From assembly GCA_039188945.1 (NCBI GenBank), contig JBCCYW010000002.1, forward strand, positions 26,449 to 90,448: a stretch of 64,000 nt of DNA, in the 5' to 3' direction. Each line of letters opens with the position of its first letter. Positions within the stretch are counted from its first letter, which is position 1. Source of the stretch: Patescibacteria group bacterium (GTDB lineage Bacteria; Patescibacteriota; Minisyncoccia; Phycocordibacterales; UBA918). Shown here piece after piece: positions 39,638 to 49,814 of this stretch. Made by a program: the position numbers and the translations under genes. Below the pieces are notes generated by a model. The model was not told where the DNA came from, made no database searches, and saw nothing but the letters and a program-made list of their open reading frames with translations.

Positions 39638-41146
39638 CATACTGGGAACCTTTAGACGGTTTCTGCTTAAATAACCTTACTGGTATTGATAGATTTCCGG
39701 TTCCAAAACCATTTTCTGGACTATACGTGATAGGTTCGTTAAAGACTAGTTTTAGAACTAGTCTTTTTCGTTGAAAATCACCTTCTATCCAGTATTTGCT
39801 TGGATTCTTCAATATAGAAAATACTGCCTGTAATGCGGTTCCAAAATCTTCCTCCTCTACATTAGATTTCTTAGTTGCAGCCAGTAGTTTTTGTCTCTCA
39901 TCATCTATTTCTTCTACGCGCTTCTCATAAGCTCTCGCCACCTTTTCCTTGTCAGCACCGGCTACTCGACTGATTAACCTGTTCTGTTCTTCATCTAGTT
40001 CCTTCAACTGTCTATGAGCTTTGTTGATCTTTGCTTTTAGTTGAGCCGCCCGACTATTCCACTCTTCAAGAAAGATAGCTTCTACTAGTCCCGTCGCATT
40101 TTCTGAAGGTTGTAGTTTCTTAAGTAAGGAAACAAACTGTTTTTCCATCTTATGACCATTGAAACTCTTCTTGCAGCTATCGCAGTTCTTTTCGTTTCTA
40201 CCTCGATAGTACGGATATTTTTTTGTCCTACCCACACTCCAACTAGCCGTCATTGGAGTACCGCATGCTTCACAACAAACAAACCCCTTAGTGGAAAGTC
40301 TGGATTATCATTCTTTCGCTTCTTGAGTATCGGTTTACCAGCAACTATTGCATCCAATTTCTCCAGAATTTCGTCATTGATAATTGCTTCATGGTGACCC
40401 TTTCTCCTATCAATATCCCATTTTGGATACTCAATATAGCCAGCATACAAAACTCTTCTTTCAATCAACCTATCGACTAACGATAAGTGTATGGCCTTTC
40501 CATCCTTGAAGTCATGTCTGGTTAGGAAATTTTTCACTTCAGTCCTACTCAGAAACCTTCCGTTTGCAAAACCCTCAAGTGCTTCAAACACTAGAACGGA
40601 CTTTATTTCATCCTTAACCAAGAGCCACCCACCCAGAGCGTGCTGCTGGCGTTTATAACCAGGTATAACAGAACCAAAAGTCCAGTACCCCTTTTCCATA
40701 CGAGCTTTCATTTTTTGTATTACCTGAACTCGATTAGTTCTTCTTTCGTTTTCATTAAATACAGCAGATATGGCCTCATGTAACCAGGTACTTTCATCAT
40801 CCTTGAATTCAAAATTTGGGGAATCAACAATGGCTCCAAGTTTTTTAAAATGATCCCTGAGTTGCCAGTGACTAATAGTATCTCTGGCTAACCTTTTTAA
40901 ATCATCGAAAATAACCACATACTCTTTGTGTCCGTTGTCAGCAATATACTCCAGCATTTCAGCCATCTTTGGTCTCTTCATGTAGTCACCACCGCCAGTG
41001 AAACTGTCAGGAAACACACGCTCAACCTTATATCCAAGTCTAGCTGCGTATTCGCGGCACCTATGTTCTTGGCTATCAAGACCATGTCCGTCATTCTTTT
41101 GACGTTCAGATGAAACCCTACAATAAATTAAAGCCTTCCTTTCCAT
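39543..41146 (-). CDS. Large serine recombinase split by an apparent 1-nt deletion near 40280 (pseudogene or sequencing error)
   Basis: YCRVSS catalytic motif, DDLKRLAR, recombinase domain (YAGYI, GHHEAII); Zn ribbon CEACG continues in the second frame. Confidence 0.88.
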
Positions 41147-41148
41147 AA

Positions 41149-41289
41149 TCAAAATGTATCGTATTTAGAAAACTCCTCGTCCAAGATTCCAACAATCAAT
41201 TCTTGTAATCCATCACGAATATCTTCGATTTCTTTATCGCTTAACTTAGTTTCGCCCAGATATTTTCGACATTCTTCGATAGACAACAT
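41149..41289 (-). CDS. Small protein coupled to the recombinase (possible directionality factor or regulator)
   Basis: MLSIEECRKYLG...LSDKEIEDIRD; its stop abuts the recombinase start. Confidence 0.55.
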   Translation of the reverse strand: MLSIEECRKYLGETKLSDKEIEDIRDGLQELIVGILDEEFSKYDTF

Positions 41290-41476
41290 AAAAAGCATCT
41301 CGCCTGAGATGCCTCCTACTTTCGGTACACAACACAAGGAAATAGGAAGCACTACAGACTTCTTTATTCCCTGAAATTATGTGCTTAGCTTCTAACGCTA
41401 AGTTGTACTTAAATACTAAGTGGCTCTTCTGCACTCCGCAAACAGTAGTGCGTGGATAGTATTTAAAATGCAGTAA

Positions 41477-41832
41477 CTAGTTACAGTTTGTTGCTTCAGA
41501 TTTACCGACAGTGTACGTTCCATTTGAACCATTTTGAATACTCTCTTTCTCCTCTGGCAAATATGCAAACACTGTTACCTCATCGGCATTTAAAAGATAT
41601 TTGTCCCGAATGAAATCCAATGTTCGCTGATATGCTCCTGAGTTATCGATGACAACATACACTGTTTCTCTTTTACATCCAGGATATGAATCATCTCTCA
41701 CTGTTACAACCTCGTAGTCCAAAGGTTTAAACGTGCTTGTGGAGCCCAAATTCTCGTTCTGGGACTCTGGAACTAGTGAACCTATAAAGATAGGGCTAGT
41801 ATCCCAAACGTGCAATATATAAATTTTTTCAT
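41477..41832 (-). pseudogene. Exported hypothetical protein frameshifted after its signal peptide
   Basis: ATG 41832 gives MKKFIYCTFGILAL, then a 1-nt shift continues IFIGSLVPES... Confidence 0.5.
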
Positions 41833-42020
41833 GGTTACCGGCTTATTGTTTCTAAAGCACTATAAAACCCTCACCAAGGTTTTATAGTCCGAAGACCAGC
41901 CGGTAACCAAACACAGCCCTTGATGAGGGGTTTATAAGTTTGGTTACCGGCTTTATTCAGTTGTGAGTAGATTATGCCATAGTAATTCATGATTTACACT
42001 TTTAGTGTATAGTGTCCTTC

Positions 42021-43217
42021 ATGAGCTTCTTCAATGAAGAAAACGTTCCTGGATTCATTCCTAAAGTTATGGACGGAAAGATAACTGAGTGGACTGATGG
42101 TATGGACTTCTTAGCGATTGATTTAAACCACGTGAAATGGCGTGGGAATGTTCTACCGTTATTGCGTGACCATACACCAAAACTACTTGTTGATCCTGTG
42201 ACTCACAAGGCGTTCTTTTCTGACGCAAAATCAAAAACAAACTTCCAAAAAATTGGCTATCCTGATATCGAACCTGAGTTACTGTATTCGGAAAAACGTC
42301 ACCGTTCTGAATTTATTGAACTCTCAGTGAATGAACAATTGACTGCGGGAGCAAATGCCATAATTGCACCCTACCTATACACTCCAGACACAGACGACAC
42401 AAAGTTTGCAGTTAATTTAACTCTGCTGTCAGAGACTTTGGTCTACCTGGAGCAAAACGAGATTGATTTACCAGTATTTGCAAAAATTTGTACTCACTCT
42501 CAAATACTCACCAGACAATTAGTTATTAACAATATCGTCAGTCGATACTGTGATGACTACTCTGATAGATTGGAAGGTGTCATACTGAGCATCACTGATT
42601 TCGATGCGAGAAAGAACGATTTACCTCACCTTCTTGGTCTAGCTAATTTGGTACACCAACTTCAAGCACGCACTAAAGTTCTTCTATCTCCGATGGGTGG
42701 TTACGGGGAGGTCTTGTTGGCTTTAGGGGCAGCAGCTTTTTCGAGTGGCATCCATGAAAGTGAAGGGATTACAGTCAAACAGCTCCAAGAAGGGTCTGGT
42801 GGTAGTGAACATATTCACCAACGCATCTATATTCCGGAGATTTTAAATTACATCAACTACGAGGAAGCTGCAAAAATTGGCTACGTGGGTACCTCAACTG
42901 GTTGCAACATTGACTTTAATGATTCTGAACCATCTGCGGAAACAAAAAAGAGACACTATTTAAACAACAGAGTAGCTACAATCGCTACACTTAGAGGAAA
43001 AAGTCGGGAAGAAAAAATCAATTTGATGATTGGTAGTATTTCTTCTGCACAACGATTGCTCACAAGATATATTAGAGACCATGAACTTCTAGTAAGAAAT
43101 GACTTTCACGCGCGCTGGATTCAAGTACTAGAGCAAGCTCGAACTTGGAGCGATCCAGAAACAGACAATGAAGAACTTGAGGCGTTATTAGCAGAAATCG
43201 ATAAGTCAGATGATTAA
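42021..43217 (+). CDS. Uncharacterised protein resembling beta-protein/TGT-like TIM-barrel families
   Basis: LLVDP, IIAPY, LLALGA.AFSSG, RIYIPE, HYL motifs; family assignment is inference. Confidence 0.6.
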   Translation: MSFFNEENVPGFIPKVMDGKITEWTDGMDFLAIDLNHVKWRGNVLPLLRDHTPKLLVDPVTHKAFFSDAKSKTNFQKIGYPDIEPELLYSEKRHRSEFIELSVNEQLTAGANAIIAPYLYTPDTDDTKFAVNLTLLSETLVYLEQNEIDLPVFAKICTHSQILTRQLVINNIVSRYCDDYSDRLEGVILSITDFDARKNDLPHLLGLANLVHQLQARTKVLLSPMGGYGEVLLALGAAAFSSGIHESEGITVKQLQEGSGGSEHIHQRIYIPEILNYINYEEAAKIGYVGTSTGCNIDFNDSEPSAETKKRHYLNNRVATIATLRGKSREEKINLMIGSISSAQRLLTRYIRDHELLVRNDFHARWIQVLEQARTWSDPETDNEELEALLAEIDKSDD

Positions 43218-43671
43218 GATTGTTCCAGACACAAATGTCTTAGTGGGGAGCATGCTTGGCGGAGGAGGACCGAAGCGTTGGGTAATCAATCTAGCTCTCG
43301 AGAAAAAAATAGCTCTCTATGGTTCTTCGGTCTCTTATGCTGAATTTATGGATGTCATTCAGCGTGAAGAATTCAAACCATATCTTGAGAAGCAAATTTA
43401 TACTGTTGAGAAATTAGAGCATGACTACAAATCAGTCATTACGATAGTTGATACTGAAGGTGTTTATGAAGGAATTACCATTACTGAAGACCCAGATGAT
43501 GACGAATACTTTAGAATCGCAAAAGCTGAAGGAATAAAAGTTATTGTTTCTGAAGATAACCACTTAAGGAAAGTAGGGAGATACGAGGATATTAGAGTAG
43601 TGACAGCAAAACAATTTACAGACTCCTACATCTCAGCTATCGCAAAGACTGAACATCCTTCTTCAAACTAG
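43210..43671 (+). CDS. PIN-domain ribonuclease (putative toxin)
   Basis: VPDTNVLV, DPDDD, IVSEDNHL. Confidence 0.9.
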   Translation: MIKIVPDTNVLVGSMLGGGGPKRWVINLALEKKIALYGSSVSYAEFMDVIQREEFKPYLEKQIYTVEKLEHDYKSVITIVDTEGVYEGITITEDPDDDEYFRIAKAEGIKVIVSEDNHLRKVGRYEDIRVVTAKQFTDSYISAIAKTEHPSSN

Positions 43672-44320
43672 CGCTCCAAAAATACTCTGAGGCGTAATCC
43701 CTTTTATTTAAATTGAAAGGCGTAATCCTTTTTGCAGCGACTGGATAATACTTCGCTTCAGTATCAACATCGAAACCAATCAGCCCAACTCCATACTTCC
43801 TAACTTCTGATACTGGTATGTTTTTAATTATCTTACTAGGTACCGCCAAATAAGATCTATGTGCGAATGATTTATAACGAGCAGCCTGCTGTAGACCTTT
43901 TTTCCAATCATGAAGTTTTGCTTCAATAGCAATGAGTTCTTTCGATATAGGTAGCCATCCGTTAATTTTCAGATAGTAGCTTTTTTCCACCTCTCGAATA
44001 TATCCAGCTTTTTTTAGCCTCGGGATAACAGAGTACCTCAATGTTCCTCTGGACATTGAGATTTGTGCTTCGATTTCTGAGATATGAGTTGGTACATCCG
44101 TATGTTCGTAGTCGGCAATCTTATCCAGAATTTTAAAGTAGTTCTCACTGAGAAGTCTCGTGTGTTGATTATGTCCTAAGCGCTTCAATACCTTGCCTCT
44201 GTTGGGTTTAAATAAAACTAAATCAGCAATTCCATAACCAACACCAACCTCCCGATTGGTGTAAAAACCATCTTTAATGAACTGTTTTTCTAATTGCCTA
44301 ACGAAAAATGCTTCGGTCAT
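43637..44320 (-). CDS. PD-(D/E)XK nuclease with inserted winged helix
   Basis: REV..GYGIADLV, then wHTH, then IEAKL..W...L.QA..Y. Confidence 0.75.
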   Translation of the reverse strand: MTEAFFVRQLEKQFIKDGFYTNREVGVGYGIADLVLFKPNRGKVLKRLGHNQHTRLLSENYFKILDKIADYEHTDVPTHISEIEAQISMSRGTLRYSVIPRLKKAGYIREVEKSYYLKINGWLPISKELIAIEAKLHDWKKGLQQAARYKSFAHRSYLAVPSKIIKNIPVSEVRKYGVGLIGFDVDTEAKYYPVAAKRITPFNLNKRDYASEYFWSASLKKDVQSLR

Positions 44321-44334
44321 ACAATGGCCATTAC

Positions 44335-44826
44335 TTATACTCTAACATTTTGACTAATTACAGGTGAGACAGTTGTATACACTGGCTCAGAGTGCGAAAA
44401 TTCATTCGGCATCTTCCACTTCAAATACGCCAAAGCTGCCCGCCAGTCTCCCTGCATCGTGAATGCATCAATAAATGCCTTCCTTGCTGACAACGTGGGT
44501 GTCATCCTGAAACTTTCGAGAGTGTTGCGAAATTCAGGATGTTTAGCACTAAAGCGATAGAATGAATCTCTCGAAATACCTGCGTAAAAACAAGCCTCTG
44601 TTACTGTGCAGTCGATGGCGAACGCACGTGCCAATTTCACAACAACTACCCCCGGGTCTACCCCTCCGAACGTCTTTCTACCTCTAGTGGTATTACTCGG
44701 TGTTGACACACATTTATCGGTTACTGCATCGGTGCAGTAACGTATAGTTCTATCTAACTCTTGGAGAGTTAGTATTCTATTACTAGTATGTGTATGTAAT
44801 GGAGTACTAATATCAAGCAAATACAA
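44335..44826 (-). CDS. Terminase-small-subunit-like HTH protein (start uncertain)
   Basis: KLARAFAIDCT..EAC.YAGISR.SFY....HPEF, W.AA..YL....P.EF. Confidence 0.6.
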   Translation of the reverse strand: MYLLDISTPLHTHTSNRILTLQELDRTIRYCTDAVTDKCVSTPSNTTRGRKTFGGVDPGVVVVKLARAFAIDCTVTEACFYAGISRDSFYRFSAKHPEFRNTLESFRMTPTLSARKAFIDAFTMQGDWRAALAYLKWKMPNEFSHSEPVYTTVSPVISQNVRV

Positions 44827-44940
44827 GGTTATTCTTCTCTTCTCCCTGCTCCTTTAGAACCACGTGCATATCAAATATCCACTGCTGCAATACATCCCAG
44901 TTCTCCCGCACCGTGTCCACCAATCTCTTCTTATTTGAAC

Positions 44941-44972
44941 ACAAAACCCTCACTTAACAGTGAGGGTTTTGT
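44941..44972. terminator. Intrinsic terminator after the Fic gene
   Basis: ACAAAACCCTCACT-TAAC-AGTGAGGGTTTTGT. Confidence 0.8.
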
Positions 44973-44979
44973 GTAGTAT

Positions 44980-46113
44980 CTAGATTTCTCTCAAAATATC
45001 TACCAGCTTTCTATTGACGTAAACTTTCTGTTTTTTGAAAGTCCCTGAATGTTCGATTACTCCAAGTTTTTCTAATATCTCTACGTAACGCTGAACAGTA
45101 GACGAAGGGATATCAGTGAATCTAACAATAAATGGAACAGTGAAGAAAGGATTGCAGAAACTGTAATCCAGGACTTTAATCAAGTTAATGTTTGTTGACT
45201 GAGCAGTCGCTTTTTCAAAAGCATCTTTATAAAGCGAATCAATTTTTAACACCAACTGTAGTGAAAGTTCTGCCTGAAACTGAATCCCCTTCAAGAAAAA
45301 CAGCAACCATGTCTTCCACTCCTCCTTTTTATCAACCTTAGAAAGTGCATCCATGTAATCACTTTTATTTTCTTCAAAATAACCACTTGGATACAAAATC
45401 GGCATATCAAGTAACCCTTGATCAACCAAATAGAGAGTGATTAACAGCCTACCGACACGTCCGTTACCATCTTCGAAAGGGTGAATTGCCTCAAAGCGAT
45501 GATGAATAACACCACACGCAACTAAAGGATTAGTCTTACCTGCATCTTTTACATATGAGGATAGTACTTCCATCATTTTTGGAACATGAACAGGATCTGG
45601 CGGTAAATAACGTGCTTTACCTTTACTTGTTCCCAACTTACCAATCCACACCTCTTTCTTCCGATACTCTCCAGGACTTTTATCTTCACCTCTCACACCA
45701 GTCATTAACGTCTTATGCATTTCACGAATTGCCATTTCATTTAACCCATACTTCTTCAGAGCTACTAACCCCTTCCTCATTGCAGACTCATAGTTTCTAA
45801 TCTCTAAAGCATCATTTCGCTTCTCAGCGGTCTGCTCAGTAAGATCAATTTGATACGCGTCTACAATGGAGGCCTGAGTTCCCTCAAGCTGAGAACTTGA
45901 CTCTGCTTCCTTTGCAAGAATAGGTGCCATAAGTAAATCAGGGTTCTGTAATAACCTTGAAGTTTGTAACAAACTCTTAACAGCACCCTGTGTTTCTGCA
46001 AGTTGATTCGCAAAATCTTCATCATAGATTTCACCTAACTTTGGAGGGAAAACGTGTTCTAAAAGTGTTTTTGACATTAACCCGAATATAGCATTTTCTG
46101 GGTTAATTGTCAC
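44980..46113 (-). CDS. Fic-family protein (Fic_N + Fic + HTH)
   Basis: SSQLEG inhibitory motif and HPFEDGNGRVGR active site. Confidence 0.93.
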   Translation of the reverse strand: MTINPENAIFGLMSKTLLEHVFPPKLGEIYDEDFANQLAETQGAVKSLLQTSRLLQNPDLLMAPILAKEAESSSQLEGTQASIVDAYQIDLTEQTAEKRNDALEIRNYESAMRKGLVALKKYGLNEMAIREMHKTLMTGVRGEDKSPGEYRKKEVWIGKLGTSKGKARYLPPDPVHVPKMMEVLSSYVKDAGKTNPLVACGVIHHRFEAIHPFEDGNGRVGRLLITLYLVDQGLLDMPILYPSGYFEENKSDYMDALSKVDKKEEWKTWLLFFLKGIQFQAELSLQLVLKIDSLYKDAFEKATAQSTNINLIKVLDYSFCNPFFTVPFIVRFTDIPSSTVQRYVEILEKLGVIEHSGTFKKQKVYVNRKLVDILREI

Positions 46114-46341
46114 ACATTAACTCATAACTGGGTTGATCTCAACTCATCGACCCATAAATACAAAAATCTGACTTGGTGTTTAAAGTCTAAGAAGTCATTG
46201 ATTGTATTGCGATTTAACCAATTTTCTATATATTGGTTTAGGGTGCACAGATCTCCACATAACGGAAATTAAAAGCTAGCTTTATGCTGGCTTTTAATTT
46301 TGGTGTAGTATAGAAAATACAATAATACTTTTGACTGCATT

Positions 46342-47361
46342 ATGAACAACCCTCTTCTTAACGGCCTTCTAATCTTCTCGATCCTCCTCGCGCTGGCCTG
46401 GGTCGGAGGCGATATTTTACTGCCGGTCATTTTCGCCTTCCTCTTATGGGTGATTATCACTGCCTGGAATAAACAATTTGCCAAAATCACCTTCCACGGA
46501 AAGTTTATTCCTCGTCGCCTGCAGAATGCTCTCTCATTTATTGCATTCATTGGTATTTTGTTTGTCTTAGCCAACCTACTTGCTTTTGACTTACAACAAT
46601 TCAGCAACGTCTACCCAGAGCTTGAAGCCAACCTCGAGGAGCGAGCAATCAGTATTGAAGCAGCGATTGGCATTAATCTTACGGCACTGGTGGAAGATAA
46701 TCTCGCGACTGTCGATTTTCAAAGCGTCGCAGCCAACGTCGCCAATGCAGCCACCTCCCTCTCCACCACCATCTTCACGGTTTTGGTTTACTTACTCTAT
46801 ATCTTTGGTGAACAAAAATACGCCCAAGCGAAACTTAAGGCGGCGAGCGGAGACGAATATGAATCACAACACGCGCTTTTTTCTGACATCATCGCTAGTA
46901 TCGAGCAATACATAAGTATCAAAACCGCGATCAGTGCCCTGACTGGACTTCTCTCTTATGGAGTAATGTTGGCGGTAGGTCTTGAATTTGCCTTTGTCTG
47001 GGCATTTATTATTTTCATTATGAACTTTATTCCTAGCATCGGTTCTATTATCGCTACGATTTTCCCCGTCGCTTTTGCGTTTGTGAGCTTTAGCACCTGG
47101 TGGCCAGCCCTAGTGCTGCTGATTGTTATCGGTGCCATTCAGCTCTACGTTGGGAATGTACTTGAACCAAAATATCTTGGCAAAAAACTTAATGTGAGTT
47201 CGTTGCTACTATTCTTCTCACTGTTTTTCTGGGGTGCAATCTGGGGTATTCCTGGCATGTTTATCTCTGTGCCTCTGACCGTCATCATTATGATTGTCCT
47301 CTCGCGTATTCCCGCCACTCGTTCGATTGGTATTTGGATGTCGGGCGATGGAGTGGTGTAA
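46342..47361 (+). CDS. AI-2E family transporter
   Basis: NFIPSIGS, GNVLEPK..G, WGIPGMFISVP. Confidence 0.9.
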   Translation: MNNPLLNGLLIFSILLALAWVGGDILLPVIFAFLLWVIITAWNKQFAKITFHGKFIPRRLQNALSFIAFIGILFVLANLLAFDLQQFSNVYPELEANLEERAISIEAAIGINLTALVEDNLATVDFQSVAANVANAATSLSTTIFTVLVYLLYIFGEQKYAQAKLKAASGDEYESQHALFSDIIASIEQYISIKTAISALTGLLSYGVMLAVGLEFAFVWAFIIFIMNFIPSIGSIIATIFPVAFAFVSFSTWWPALVLLIVIGAIQLYVGNVLEPKYLGKKLNVSSLLLFFSLFFWGAIWGIPGMFISVPLTVIIMIVLSRIPATRSIGIWMSGDGVV

Positions 47362-47365
47362 CAGT

Positions 47366-47722
47366 CTAGGGAGTCTGTCGTAAAATGGCATTCATCGGCT
47401 TCCCTTTGGCAAGTTCATCAATCAGCTTATCGAGATAGCGAATTTCGCGCATAGTTTTCTCTTTGATTCCTTCGACTCGGACTCCACAGACAACGCCAGT
47501 GATGTGCTTACGCTTTGGATTCAATTTCGGAGCGTTTTTGAAGAAGGTCTTGAAATCAGTTTTGTTGCGTAATTCCTGAGCAAAACTTTGGCTGTTGTGG
47601 CCGGTAAGCCAGTAAATAATTTTATTCACCTCGCGCTTCGTGCGTCCTTTCTTCTCCGCCTTCGCGACGTAGTGTGGGTACACACTGGCAAAACTCATTT
47701 TATATACCGGATGATTCTCCAT
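47366..47722 (-). CDS. DUF2200 family protein
   Basis: [33 protein letters not shown]. Confidence 0.88.
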   Translation of the reverse strand: MENHPVYKMSFASVYPHYVAKAEKKGRTKREVNKIIYWLTGHNSQSFAQELRNKTDFKTFFKNAPKLNPKRKHITGVVCGVRVEGIKEKTMREIRYLDKLIDELAKGKPMNAILRQTP

Positions 47723-47770
47723 TTTTAAACTATAGCACCTTAAAAATGCGTCCTGTTATACTACTTCCAT

Positions 47771-48565
47771 ATGAATATCCTGATTACCGGTAGTACTGAT
47801 GGTATTGGTAAATTGGCGGCTGCCAAACTTGCGACCGACGGTCACACGATTTATATACACGGTCGAAGCGAAGAAAAAGTGTCGGCTACGGTAGCAGAGT
47901 TGCGACAAGTGACTGGCAACGAATCAGTTCATGGCTTCACTGCTGATCTCTCAGACCTAGCTGTGATCCGTGATTTTGCTGAAAAAATTATGGAGAAAAT
48001 TACCACCCTCGATATCCTGATTAATAACGCAGGCGTACTGAAAGCACCGGTAACCAAAACTCCGACCGGGATTGATCTACGGTTTGTGGTGAATTATTTT
48101 GCTCCCTACGTACTCACCAACGCTCTCTTGCCACTCCTAAAACAAAGCGAGCAGTCGCGGGTGATTAACTTGAGCTCTGCCGCCCAGTCACCCGTCGATC
48201 TCGCGGCACTTCGAGGCGAGAGTGACCTGAGCGACTTTGACGCCTACGCACAGAGTAAGTTGGCGCTCACCATGTGGAATTTTACACTCGCAGCTGCAGA
48301 ACCAGACCTTTCAGTCATCGCAGTTAACCCGGGCTCACTCTTAAACACCAACATGGTACGTGAAGGCTTTGGCCAACACCGAGCGTCGGCTGATGTTGGT
48401 GCTGACATACTTTATGAACTCGCTACGAAACATGAAGGTGTGACTGGGAAATATTTTGATAATGACGCCGGTGACTTTGGCCAGGCACACCCTGATGCCT
48501 ACGACCAAGCTAAGATCGTCGCGCTTATAGCGGCTACCAAAAAAACTATTCAACTCAATTCATGA
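47771..48565 (+). CDS. Short-chain dehydrogenase/reductase
   Basis: TGSTDGIG, NNAG, YAQSK. Confidence 0.92.
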   Translation: MNILITGSTDGIGKLAAAKLATDGHTIYIHGRSEEKVSATVAELRQVTGNESVHGFTADLSDLAVIRDFAEKIMEKITTLDILINNAGVLKAPVTKTPTGIDLRFVVNYFAPYVLTNALLPLLKQSEQSRVINLSSAAQSPVDLAALRGESDLSDFDAYAQSKLALTMWNFTLAAAEPDLSVIAVNPGSLLNTNMVREGFGQHRASADVGADILYELATKHEGVTGKYFDNDAGDFGQAHPDAYDQAKIVALIAATKKTIQLNS

Positions 48566-49104
48566 ACACGTATGTCGCCCTTCTCAGGGGAATCAATGTT
48601 GGTGGAAATAACAAAATTGAGATGACTAAGCTCAAAATGGGCTTTGAAAAGTTTGGCCATAGTGATGTTCAGACCTACATCAACTCTGGTAACGTCATTT
48701 TTTCGTCCCACACCAATGACATTGCTGCCCTCACCAACGAAATAGAAGCAATGATCAATAAAGATTTTAAGCTCGACATTCCGGTCGTGCTCCGCAGCAA
48801 AGAAAGCATAATGAAAGTTTGTAAAAAAATTCCTGCTGCCTGGACCAATGATAAAGAGCAAAAGACCGATGTGATGTTTCTCTGGGATGAATACTCAAAC
48901 AAGAAAACCCTGAAGCTCATCGAGCAAAATCCTAAGGTCGACACACTTATATATGTAGACGACGCCATTGTCTGGCACCTTAAAAAGAAAGATTATTCCA
49001 AGAGCAAAATGCACGACCTAGTCAGCACTAAACTTTATAAAAGCATGACCGTTCGAAACGTGAATACGGTACGAAAGTTGCAAGAACTTATGTCTCAAGA
49101 CTAA
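48562..49104 (+). CDS. DUF1697 family protein
   Basis: YVALLRGINVGG, TYINSGNV, TVRN. Confidence 0.9.
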   Translation: MNTYVALLRGINVGGNNKIEMTKLKMGFEKFGHSDVQTYINSGNVIFSSHTNDIAALTNEIEAMINKDFKLDIPVVLRSKESIMKVCKKIPAAWTNDKEQKTDVMFLWDEYSNKKTLKLIEQNPKVDTLIYVDDAIVWHLKKKDYSKSKMHDLVSTKLYKSMTVRNVNTVRKLQELMSQD

Positions 49105-49760
49105 AATCCGCAGACTTCGGCGCCTTTCACTGATGCTGGCTTTTCACCGCAGCGTTCGTGCCAAGCCATGACGTTTTTGTATTCATCTAAGCTAAGACGA
49201 TCTTTAGCACCATAGCCCCAATCGAGGCAGCCCACCCACGGGAAAGTAGATATATCAGCGATTGAATACTCACCTACCAAATAGTCCTGCCCTTCAAGTT
49301 GCTTCTCAAGCACGCCGAGGAGTCGTCGCGTTTCGTTGGCGTATCTCTCGACTGGGTAGGGGTGGTCGCAGTTGTCTTTGCCAAACCTAAAGAAGTGACC
49401 AAACTGCCCAAACATCGGACCCACGCCCGCGTTCTGGAAGAAGAGCCACTGAATTGTCTCGCTCCGCTTGCCAGCGTCGCTCGACATCAGCTTCCCACTC
49501 TTATCTGCGAGATAGATCAGGATCGCTCCCGACTCAAACACACGGTGCTCTTCCCCGTCTGGACCATCTGGATCAATAATAGCGGGAATGCGGCCGTTTG
49601 GGTTCACGCGTGTCGTGTAGTCTTCGGTTTTAAGCTCGCCATTACTGAGATCCATGCAATGTGCCTCGTACTCGAGACCCATTTCTTCTAAAGCAATCGA
49701 GATCTTCCGCCCATTTGGCGTTGCTCGGGTATAGAGTTGAATTGGTTGTGACATATGCAT
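49101..49760 (-). CDS. Glutathione S-transferase (YfcG-like)
   Basis: TPNG, NPNGRIP, FESGAIL, SIADI. Confidence 0.92.
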   Translation of the reverse strand: MHMSQPIQLYTRATPNGRKISIALEEMGLEYEAHCMDLSNGELKTEDYTTRVNPNGRIPAIIDPDGPDGEEHRVFESGAILIYLADKSGKLMSSDAGKRSETIQWLFFQNAGVGPMFGQFGHFFRFGKDNCDHPYPVERYANETRRLLGVLEKQLEGQDYLVGEYSIADISTFPWVGCLDWGYGAKDRLSLDEYKNVMAWHERCGEKPASVKGAEVCGF

Positions 49761-49814
49761 GATTCTATCAAATACGCATATAAACGCGTAATTTATGCTA
49801 TTTAGACAAAGATT

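Larger units (their letters stand above)
39631..46261. mobile_element. Integrative island at the tmRNA 3' end (~6.6 kb)
   Basis: 11-bp direct repeat ATCTCCACATA at 39631-39641 and 46251-46261; recombinase at the left end; visibly AT-rich. Confidence 0.82.

Noticed and set aside
39631-46261. Intact prophage
   Set aside because: No capsid, portal, large terminase, tail or lysis genes
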